Below, piece by piece: positions 24,461 to 35,112 of a stretch of 64,000 bases of DNA. Origin of the DNA: Squalus acanthias (taxonomy: Eukaryota); the NCBI GenBank assembly GCA_030390025.1, contig CM059431.1:139068001-139132000 (forward strand). Reading direction: 5' to 3'. Each line of letters starts with the position of its first letter. Position 1 is the first letter of the stretch. The translations under genes were made by a program, and so were the position numbers. The notes below the pieces were generated by a model. That model searched no databases. It was not told where the DNA came from and saw nothing but the letters and a program-made list of their open reading frames with translations.

Positions 24461-25499
24461 TGATATGGGATCAGTTGGGAAAGTGGAATTGAAATCGAAG
24501 ATCAACCAATTATCTTATTTAATGGCGGAGAGGGTTCGAAGGGCCGTATGGCTTATTTCTGCTCCTAATTCTTATGTTCTATGTAATATTCGGAACAATA
24601 TTAAAAATGATACGTTTTCTAATCTTTCCTTGGCTGTTGTTATCGCTACAAACTAAAATACGTATTCAATACAGATTTGCGTCTATTGAGCAGGAAGATT
24701 CCCTTTACATGGAACGATGCTATCACCATGTTGCTCACAGTAGTATTTGACAGAGTGCGCCTGTTTCTATTGACTTGTCCAGGCAGCAGTGGGTTGTAAA
24801 TCTAGTTATAGTGATTCTTCATGGAACTTTGAAATGCAATGTGTGGTTAAATCGCCTAACGTTTCTGCAATTTTATCAAACTTCGGAATGAATTTTTGTC
24901 CATGCAGCAACATCTCAATTTTATCTCAAATATCTGACAATTTCCTTTTGCATTTATTACCTGCACTATCTATCAATCATAGTTACATAAATCTTTCAAT
25001 ATTGGTGTAATTCAAAAAAATATATTACTCTGGATTCAGAAACAGGGTGAAAAACGTAATTTCATTTTCGATTATGAGCTTTCAACTTTTGATCAACAAT
25101 CGTGATTTCTCGTTCATATTGAAAAAGGCAAACATTACAGTTAAGAGCTGAGTTCCCAATGTTTTGTATCATTAGGAAATTTACCGGAGACACGTGCTCT
25201 ATTCCACATGGCCCAGAAACTGTATGAAGTGGCGGCTGAAGGTGAGACCGCATCTGTAGAAATTTACCGAGGCAGGAGGGCAAATTACGTCATTGGTTCT
25301 GCGCTAACGGAAACTTGATTTGACAATTTATCTGTTAAATTTAAATTGCTGGGCATATGTTAGAAGGCAATTGTCTCTTTTTCTCAAGAATGTTATTCCA
25401 CCAATACATCTCGTTAGTGTCTATTCAAATGCCACCTTAGGGAGAAAGGTACAAATTGTTCGCTCTGAAATTGAGGTGTAATAACCCAGCGGCAATGAC

Positions 25500-26895
25500 G
25501 ACATAGAAGCATAGAATAGTACAGCATTGAAGGAGGCCGTTCTGTCCATCCAGTCTGCGCTGGCTCTTTCGAATAGCAATCCAGTTAGTCCCATTCCTCC
25601 AATCTTTCCCCATATCCCTGCAATGTTTTCTCCTTCAAGTATTTATCGAATTTGCTTTTGAAAGCTATTATTGAATCTGATTCCACCACCATATCAGGAA
25701 GTGCATCCCAAATGCAACCGAAACATTGTGTAATAAAGTTTTTCCTCATGATGCCTCTGGTTCTTTTGCCAATCACCTCAAATCTGTTGCCTTTTGTTAT
25801 CGACCCTTCAGCCACTGAAAACCGTTTCTCTTTGTTCTCTCTATCTAATCCCTTCGTGATTTTAAACATCAGTATCTAATCTCCACTTAACCTTCTGTGT
25901 TCTTAGGACAACAATCCCAGCTTTTCCAGTCTATCCACGTAGCTCTAATCCCTCATTCCTGGAACTATTCTAGTAAATCTCTTCTATACCCTCCCGAAAT
26001 CCTTCATGTCCTTCCTAAATTGTGGTGCTCAGCATTAGACACAATACTCCAGCTGGGAAGGGGTGGGGTTCGAAATAACCTTTTATATAGGATTAGCGCA
26101 CTTCTTGCCTTTTGTATCCATTGCCTCTACTTATAAAGCCCAGGATACTATAGGCTCTATTAACTGCTTTACTAACTTGTCCTGCCACCTTCAAACATTT
26201 GTACTCAAAGATCCCCTGGTCTCTCTATTCTTGCACCCCATTTAAAATTGTATCATTTAGCCAAAATTGTCTCTCCCCAATCTACCAACCAAAATATAGC
26301 CGGTCACACTTGTCTGCGTTGAAGTTAATCTGTCATGTGTTCGCACATTCCACCAGCATAACTATGCCCTGTTGAAGTTCATTTCACTAATCCTCATTCT
26401 TTACTACGCTTCCAAGTTTCGTGTCACTTGCAAATTTCGAAATTGTGCCCTGTACCCTTAATTTTAAGTCATTGATATTTATCAAAAACAGCAGTGGTCC
26501 CAGTACTGAATCTTGGGGAAGACCAGTGTATTCTTCCCTCAAGTCCGAAAAAAGCAGCTATTCACCACAACACTCCGTTTTCTATCCTTTAGACAATGTT
26601 ATATCCATGCTGCTAATGCCTGTTTTATCCCAAGGCCTTCAATTTTGCGATCAAGCCAATTATGTGGTGCATTCATCAAACGCTTATCATCAACTCACCC
26701 TCATCCACCCACTCTGTTAGCTAATCAAAAAACTCAATCAAGTTAGTAAAACACGAATTGCCCTCAACAAATCCGCACTGACTCTCCTTTATTAGTCCTT
26801 GCTTGTCCAGTTGGCTGGTAATGTTCTTGCGAATTACTGTTTCTAAACATATCCCCTCCATCGACGTTAAACTGACTGGCCTATAATTGTCAGAT
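25500..26895 (-). mobile_element. CR1 LINE RT/3' fragment
   Basis: NYRPVSLTS, SCFTNLIEFFD and IWDALP motifs, plus CR1 3' UTR at about 25500. Confidence 0.9.
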
Positions 26896-26989
26896 TTCTT
26901 TAGACGAAAGTCAAGGAGATTGAGAGAATAGAACGACCCCCGCTCGGTGTTCTGGTCAGTTATAGCTACACACAATGGTAAAGGTTCCC

Positions 26990-27910
26990 GTGTGACTGGG
27001 TGGCAGGAGGATCCGTGGTCGGGCCGGCGTGAACCGAATAGATTTGACACTTGAAGTTCAAATTAAGAGTGTTCTAAGTCAGCAGAATGGGTTGTTAGGA
27101 CGAGAAATGAAAGATCAACTCCAGGCCGTCCTTTCATTTATGGAATTGACACATGAGGATAAGGAAGTCGTGGAACAACTAAATGCTGTTAAACATAATC
27201 AGGATAAAATAACTGGCAATATTACAAATGCCGTGGCATGTGCTATCTCTCTGGCATATTGGGAAAACGCAGTTAGTATAAGTTTGAGGGATCTCTGTGA
27301 ACTTCGCCTCCCAGAATGTGTTCCCCACTCCGCCTCGGATGGATGTTTGGGAACACGGCTCCATACTTGTCCGGCTGGACAGTTTGTTCATGCCTACCCG
27401 CTTCGAAGTTCCTGAAAAAAATTCGAGAGATACTAACCGTATTCCTCCGTTGGTTTGTTGATAAAGAAGGAGAACCGGTTCCACTTGTTTTGAGTACAGT
27501 CCATTGGGCAAGTCGAGGATGGTCGCTTGTATAGATCAGAGACCCATCCCACTACTTGGAAAGTGGAGAGAAGGAATGGGAACTGTAGGACTTACAGGAT
27601 GTGAGTGAGACGGGAATACTTGATTATGTGGATGTGACGTCATCAAAGACCAGGCGTGTGGTTACACATTGCCTCTCAGTGCCCGGTCTGTAAGATATTC
27701 CTAATGTCGAACTAAGAAGGGACAAGTATAGGAGGATTGTCGCCTTTGGCCATCCGATACTCTCGCTCTCCTTTGATTTAAAGTCGGTTCAGCATCGGAC
27801 TGCTACGTCCCATGAACAGCTGTTCCACAGGCAGAAAATAATACCAGAACCAAACAGGAGAATCAACAGATTCCCATTCATGGTGGGAAATGATGTATAA
27901 CGCCGATCAA
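26990..27910 (+). pseudogene. Degraded viral fusion-glycoprotein/env-like coding remnant (LTR element or endogenous retrovirus)
   Basis: Gly-rich segment (DWVAGGSVVG), heptad-rich ORF 27029-27415, Cys-spaced block GLTGCE*DGNT*LCGCDVIKDQACG (about 27587-27665) and SHSWWEMMY near 27870-27900. Stops and frameshifts are present. Confidence 0.5.
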
Positions 27911-28439
27911 CAGATATGGTATCGCCGACTGTCAGAATCTCAAATCACTGGCCAGAGCGCGCTGGAGGGATTTTACTCGCCTTAGCCTGGTGGATCAGAC
28001 GGGCGATAAGGCGGCTAAACGAGAGAGCTAACGTACATGAAATGGCAACACGACTCAAAATGTAATCTTCTTATAATCGTATAATTTTATAATAATATAT
28101 ATATATATATGTGTCATCAGGCTTCAATGCCAATGTTTGCACGCGGTTGCATAACATTTTCACGGGATGTGCAATGATGTCTCGTGCCTGAATGGTGAGA
28201 TTGACAGGGCCCGACTTCAAGCGATGGAAAGTCAGTAATGCTGCTCAACAATTCCGTGAGGCTCCACAGGAAGTAGATATAAGAAAGTTTTCCATTTTTT
28301 CATCTCGCCCTGCCTGTTTACGCAAGTTAAAATGCCCTTGTGTCATACTAGCGGAGCTTGCAGGTTCCTGTTTGGGAACTAACTGAGCTTGTTGTTGCGC
28401 GAGCCTGAAACTTACAGGTAACAGCTGGTGAACAACATA

Positions 28440-28705
28440 CGGTTAGGGGCAAGGGCAGAGAGTACTAATTAGACCCCAGCACATTGTGTATAATTATAGG
28501 GCGAGTGGTCAGTGGGGCGGGGGGTGGGGGGTTCCTGATCAACCACCTTCGATTCGCAGTCTGATCAGTTCGCGATCCACGGTAGTCAGGTTGTATAATT
28601 GTTCAGTTATCATACTAACATTGTTAACGTTACTTAACTTCAATAAACTTAATCTTTGTACGGAACCTCGCCATCACAAATTTACATTCTGGCGTCCCTG
28701 GGTGG
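28440..28705 (+). mobile_element. 3' part of an LTR followed by a tRNA-Asn primer-binding site
   Basis: AATAAA at about 28642 and ...TTTACA at 28686, then TGGCGTCCCTGGGTGG (28690-28705), which is complementary to the 3' end of vertebrate tRNA-Asn (CCACCCAGGGACG-CCA). The LTR 5' boundary is not defined. Confidence 0.7.
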
Positions 28706-28768
28706 ACTACAGATTTCAGAGTGTTAGCGAGTTCTAGGCCCTTATTACATCACGTGTGACTAAACTTT

Positions 28769-28955
28769 GGCCTAGAAATTCGTCTCTGGCGGTGTCGAAA
28801 AACGGGCGGTATCGGATCGGTCGCCCGTTATACGCAATGCCTGATATTCAGTTCCATTGACTGCACTAGAACTGAACCTCAGGCTCTTCTTATAAAGGGC
28901 GGCCGATCCGATATCGCACGTTTCTTGCCACCGTCCGAGAAGAATTTATAACCCC
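28769..28955. mobile_element. MITE with Harbinger-like TIRs
   Basis: Ends ggcctagaaatt...aatttataaccc, with internal inverted arms (tatcggatcggtcgccc / gggcggccgatccgata). Confidence 0.7.
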
Positions 28956-30191
28956 TTGTGTTCCGACCAAGAAGCGGCAGCGAGCAGCAGCTGCTGCTCT
29001 GGAGCGGTGCCCGTATCCCATTGGGTTTGGCTGTGCAGAGTCTCGGCTCCCGGAAGTGCAGAATTTCGAAGGCCAGATGTGAAGTTGAAGAATTTATTGT
29101 CTCCTGGCCGGTGCCGGTATCTTAATCTCAGGGCCCGGAGTGGTTATTGCCGATCAGAGGAGAGCATCTGAGGGAGGCAGTGGGAGAGGTGCAGAATATT
29201 GGAACTGTCGCAAGCTAATATGGGAAGCCCCAGTCCGGTACTCCCAAAAAAACAGGCGATTCAGTAGGAACTGGAGCTCCCGGTAAAGGAAAATAACTGG
29301 GTTAACAATGGCATTATTTGGGGAAATATCGGATGATCGAGTTCACCTCACGGAGCTGTAGCCGCAGGAGTGAAACCGCAGGTAAACTCTGATGGTTATG
29401 AGAGCCCCAATGGAGACACACCGGATCCTGTTCGTCAAATAGGTAGTTACCGTGTCTCTAATAATGTGTTCAGGCCTGTCGATTCAGAGACGGATTACAG
29501 ATATCTGCACATACTAAAATCAAATGTAAGCATTATTTCTGACAGACCTGAAAATCAACAAAGCAGCGACATTCGCCAACAGTAAGAGGATTATCTCACT
29601 ACATTCCAAAATCAGACAACCTTACCTAGCGCAGGACACAGCAACCACAGCCCACACTCTCTGTCCGGGGAACTGTGGCTCTTCATTGGAGGTTTCGCGC
29701 GGATCATCTTCTAGGTGGAAACTCACTATTTTAGTACCTTTCTTTATCACTGTGTCCATGGGTATGTGACTGTCAGCATTTCACACCAGTTGTTTCCCTT
29801 ACAGTCCCCACACTCTTTGATTCACAGGAGATGTCAAATCAGATGTTTCTCTTCCTGCAGCGTAGCAACTCAACTTATCCTCCTTATCCTAACACCATGT
29901 CGCCCAGCACATACTCTTATGTAGCTGGTCATCCGTCTCTGACTGGGAACTCTCAGCTCTGAAGTATCTTCCTCAACGATATCACTCTTTAGACACGAAC
30001 GTGTTTGTTCCTAGCTCTGTTCACCGTCATGTTCTGACACTGGGTTTCCCTACTGTGTCAAGGCAAAAAACAGAGTCGTTTGTCTCCTGCTTTCATTTCT
30101 CCTTATGGATGACAAACCTATTGAACTGAAATTTCCCCTGTCACACACATTTACAATAGTGGCTCTTTCTTCTAGTATGCTTCGATGTGGT

Positions 30192-30640
30192 GTTAGAATA
30201 TCGTGTTAACAGACAGGAGCTGGGAATGAGCATCACTACACTCCCCCAGATATAGAGTTAGACTATCATGTTAACATACAGGAGTTGGAAATGAGCATCA
30301 CTGCACTCCCACAGATATAGAGTTAGACTGTCGTGTTAACAGACAGGAGCTGAGAATGATCACTACTGCACTCCCGCAGATATAGTGTTAGACTATCGTG
30401 TTAACAGACAGGAGCTGGGAATGAGCATCACTGCACTCCCGCAGATATAGAGTTATACTATCGTGTTAGCAGACGAGCTGGGAATGATCATCACTGCACT
30501 CCAGCAGATATAGAGTTAGACTATCGTGTTAACAGACAGGAGCTGGGAATGACCATCACGACACTCCCGCAGATTTAGAGTTAGACTATCGTGTTAACAG
30601 GAGCTGGGAATAATCATCACAACACTCCCACAGCTAAGTG
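30192..30640. repeat. 65-bp minisatellite, about 7 copies
   Basis: tatcgtgttaacagacaggagctgggaatgagcatcactgcactcccgcagatatagagttagac at 30199, 30264, ... Confidence 0.92.
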
Positions 30641-30881
30641 TTAATGAACATTTATGAACCTACACTAATTCCGCTACAGGATCCCTGCTGGTGTGACTGC
30701 TGCCCTGGTGAACATAGCAAGTAGTCGTTAACTTCATCAGGTTTTATTTTACTTTATTTATATATTTTCCAAACATCTCCCATTTTGAGATTACCAGAAA
30801 GAAGGACGCTCTTAAACAGAAAACCAGTTGAAATTTCGCTTTAGTTACGAGAGGAATATTTGGTTTGACTTAATGTTTTTC

Positions 30882-31870
30882 TCATCTTTTAACAAATTGG
30901 AGTATTAGTTTTCAGGGAGATTTTAGCACATTCTTCAACTCTTCTCTGAATTTCCTCTGGTTAGCTGCATAAATACATGTGTTTGTGCAAGAACTCAAAT
31001 ACATGAGCAGGTACCCGCTTTCGGTGGCGATATATCCAGGATTTGAGTCATCGCCTTGGTAATAAACGGTGCTTGACAGCCTGGTGGCTGCAAAACTCCC
31101 GACAGCTGTCAGCCACGAGAGTATAAACCTGACCGATATAGTGAAGAGTAAAATAATGGATTTCCATCGTTTCTCCATCTCTGTATCGCTCTGATTCTCA
31201 CTGCTGTGACCCCGGAGTCCCCTGCGGGCTCTACTGGCCACTAAAATGCGTCTGACGGTCAAAGAATTAAACAGGGCCATGAAAGCGAAGGGGAGCAATG
31301 GGACTGATAGAGTCTGGATCCAGCTGTATACTGACCATGCGGGTAATGTAAAAACGTCCACAGTTGTCCGACAACCCCACTGCACATTGTTAATTATTTG
31401 TTCAGCTTCATATTAAAACAAGATAGGGAGACCCTTTAAATAGGTCAGGACAGAGACCGTTACTATAACCGCGGTGGCGGTTCGCTCGATGCAATACTTC
31501 GCTTTAAACCCCTGACAGCAGATCGCCACAAATCGGTCAAATGTGAAGGAGATTGTAAACCACACCGACATATCCAGGTTGGCAAAGGTTAGATATAGAA
31601 GGAACATACAAACGGCAGTGTAGGACAGGAATGAATATGGATAGTTATAATCAAATACACTATTACGTTTATGATCATGACCAGTAGATCTGCTGTTGCC
31701 ATGGCCAACATGTATACAGAGATACACTTGGAAAGCTCGCAGTTTCCTCGGGAGAGAATCACAATTGTCAATACGTTTGTTGTAAGAGAGAGAGAAGAGG
31801 AAAGTTACCAGGGACACACACGGAAATGGCCAGCGGTGTAGCTACCTCGGGTGATATACAAGGGAACCAT
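30882..31870 (-). pseudogene. gpr139-like: GPR139-like class A GPCR pseudogene
   Basis: NVLTIVILSRGNCELSKCISVYMLAMATADLL, SVWFTISFTFDRFVAICC and SCTNTCIYAANQRKFREELKN are paralogous to 45609-46495. Lesions: frameshift at about 31650, TAA at 31413-31415, acceptor AG>AA at 31780-31781. Confidence 0.88.
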
Positions 31871-32992
31871 ATTAATAGCGAGCACTAAAGAGAATGTTAA
31901 AAAGAAAGAAAACATTTCACCGCCAAAATAGAGGTATACATTCCGTGATCCTTCCAGCAGAGTCCGGCTGGAAGTTGCCAAGGGAGCGGGATCCGGAGGG
32001 ATGGCTGGGAGCAGGGTTTGGAAGACTATGGTCAGTTAGAGATGTCTGTAATCCGAGGAATTATCCACATTCAGTAAACTGAACAAAATTAGTAATTGAA
32101 TCAGTGTCACGGAAACCACGCAGACAATATGTAGTGAGCGGCCTCCTGTACAGGGGAAAGAGAACCTCGCCGTCCCGCGGTACAGGGAGGGGTTTCGAGA
32201 GCCGACTCCCCACGATTAATCGCCCAGAATAGCGCCTCGCCTGCCGCCCGGACTGGAAGGACAACCACTGAGATTCGCAAGCTTATTCCAGTGCTTTTGT
32301 GAATTTACAGTGAGGATGATATCCGGAAATTATTACAATATCCGGGAAAGGTACTATTTAATGTTATTTGTCATATTACACAACCCACTACATAGAATGA
32401 CCAGGAGATTACTGATACAGACAGATAATCAGGGGTGGACTCATCAGGAAGAGTTGTCAGCGCGTAGTTCTAATCTCCTTACGTTGGACAAAGGCAGACA
32501 TTAAAGTTTTATGATGTGGCATAATCTATAGTGCTAGTAACGCTTCGCTAACGTGATGATAACATGTCAACGCGTTCTGTTTATTTCTAATTAATAGGTA
32601 ACGCATTAACCCATTAAGCCATCTTGTAATTTATCTAATGGTCTTAATGAGCATGGGCGTCGCTATCATTGATTTTCTCAAGGTTTGTACCTTACTATCA
32701 CATCTAATCTCACACCTTCTCTATTAGACTATTGTATTCAGTCAGTCTTCTGACCATCACCTGTCTGCTTCGCTCGGTGCCCAGACACACCATGTCAGAT
32801 TATTACTCCATTAATGTAGGGTCACAGTTTCTAATCTTAGTTAAAATATGTGTAAGTTCCTTCAATATTGAAAAATGTCAAATAAAGTTATTAGAATTAT
32901 TAGGGTCTTCTCCACCTGGCCTACCCTTGTCTACACTTGCGCTTATAGACTTATTAGAGGAACTGATTCTCACAAAAACGCACAGCATGATG

Positions 32993-33092
32993 CAAAATAA
33001 AAACAGAAAATGCTGGAGATACTCAGCAGGCCAGGCAGCATCTGTGAAGAGAGAAACAGACTTAATGTTTCTGGTCGATGACCTTTCGTCAG
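32993..33092 (-). mobile_element. Single arm of the hammerhead-bearing element
   Basis: The minus strand reads CTGACGA-aaggtcatcgacca-GAAAC-attaagtct-GTTTC...tgctgcctggcctgctgagtatctccagcattttctgttttt. Confidence 0.75.
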
Positions 33093-33749
33093 CATGATGC
33101 GAAGATTGCTGGAGACCTCACGCTTCAGTTGCTGAGCAGTAGCAGGGTGATCAACCCCAGCTATTCCTAACTTCACGTCAGAATGGTCAGGAATTTATCC
33201 CTGAGCCAAAAGACAATGAAGTCCCGGAATTTGGGAACTTTACCCTCGGTTTCCATTAGCTTTCATGAGTTCATCATTCCAAAGAATTGGAGTCAATGCG
33301 TGAAATTTCTATACAGGTCTTAGGAAATGACCAAAGCTTATTTTATCATTATGTATAAAGAAGAGGTAAACAGTGGTCTAACTCACGGGGCACGCTGCAG
33401 CAAAATCTGGACCATGATAGGTTTCACAGAAACTATTTTATATGAAGGAAAAGGCAGTAACCAATTTATAAATGGTATTTGAATCCCTGGCATCTCCATC
33501 AGTTTGAGATTAAGAATTTCGGATACAGCTGTGCAAACATCCTCTTCGATTTTACGAACATTAGCGACAACGACAGACAGGTTTATATTTAGCTGCAAAA
33601 CAAAACCTAATGCTATGCACACGAGATATCAGAATGGAAAGAGAACGGACAAGTTCAATGGATCGACCGCCAGACATTCACGGGTTTTTGGTGAAGGCGT
33701 CTTTAAATTCAAAATCATAAGCGGGACATGTTCTGAGTCCATGTTCTTG

Positions 33750-34520
33750 AATAATATATTTATGAGTGACTTGGATGAAGGAATAGAGAGCTGAATCTCC
33801 AAGTTTGCAGATGACACTAAGTTAGGAGGGACATAAGTAGTGCAGATGGGAGCAGAAAGTTCCAAAGGAACATTGACAGATTAATTGAGTGGGCAAAACT
33901 GTGCCAACAGAATTCAATGTGGGGTCATCGACATTGGACCCAAAAAATAAATATCGTGTTATTGTCTAAATGGTTAGAAACTAGGAGCAAGCAGGTTTGG
34001 GAGTCCAAGGAAACAAATCAATAAACGCTAGTAGACAGGCTCAGAAATAGTCAAAAGGACTCATGCACTGTTGGTCAATATCTCAAGGGGCTGAAATACA
34101 AAGGGGAAGAAGTTCTGCTTCAGTTGGATAGAAACTTGTTCATTCCCCATCTGCGTTTAGCTTTTGGCAACGCAACTCAAGAAGGATATCTTGGCCTTGG
34201 AGGTGTGAAGAACAGATTCACTAGAATGATACCGGGGCGTAGACAGTTAATTTAGGAGAGCAGATTGAATAAACTTGGATTCTATGCCCACACGCAAATA
34301 AGATTAAGGAGTGAACTGATGGAGGTGTTTAAAAGTGGATATCTGGTACACTGTCACCCAATTGACCTTATTAAGACTGTGGTCGACAGGGTGTTGTTAG
34401 GTTATGGTACTTGGGATATGTATCAAAGGAGGGTGAATGTGGCTGAGGGACAGAGCAGCCATGATTTAATTGAATGGGGGGAAAGGCTAGATGGGCTGAA
34501 TGCTTTAGTCCTGATCGATG
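33750..34520 (+). mobile_element. Degraded CR1 3' fragment
   Basis: tccaagtttgcagatgacactaag (SKFADDTK) and a CR1-type 3' UTR. Confidence 0.8.
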
Positions 34521-35112
34521 TTCCTATGAAATGCATTGACTAGTCAGGAGGCAAACCTCTGACCTGCAATTATAGCCACGGTGTTGTCGGGTAAGTCCAG
34601 TTATGGTTCTAACCAGGTGGTAGTGGTGGGGGCGGGGGGCAGTTCCAACACTTTTAATTCCTGCCCATTAGTTCTTGCCCTGGGACATATGTCAACTTCT
34701 CCATCTAGTTTGGTATTAGGTGCAAATTTTACCAATTTGCAAACGGGCCAAACATTTATCCTGGGGAAACATCAATCACTCCTCCGCCCACTCTGATTTA
34801 ACTTCTATAATAGTTTGTAGTTGTATTTCAGCATTCGGCCACTTAGTTATCCATTTGACCATAGATAATATTCTGATAGCATCGTGTTCACTTTAAGTTT
34901 ATTATTCGCATAACAGTATTAACCTGGGAGTAAATCTGCTGACGCAATCTGTTTGTTCAAATGACTGTAACTAATATCAATGATCAGGGGGCAGAGCTGT
35001 GCGGGTGGAGATTTAGCTCCCCTATTAAACTGACTTCATTCAATGTACTGCTCAGATTTTACACCGGGGGTTGTGCACTCGTCACGATAGAAACCGTCGT
35101 TTCTCAGAGAAG

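Noticed and set aside
33383..33460. Alternative exon 1 for the minus-strand GPCR pseudogene (ends gcgtgcccc|gtgagt)
   Set aside because: A donor-like site is present, but the translation lacks convincing similarity to the YYPxLAxxGVP exon-1 pattern.
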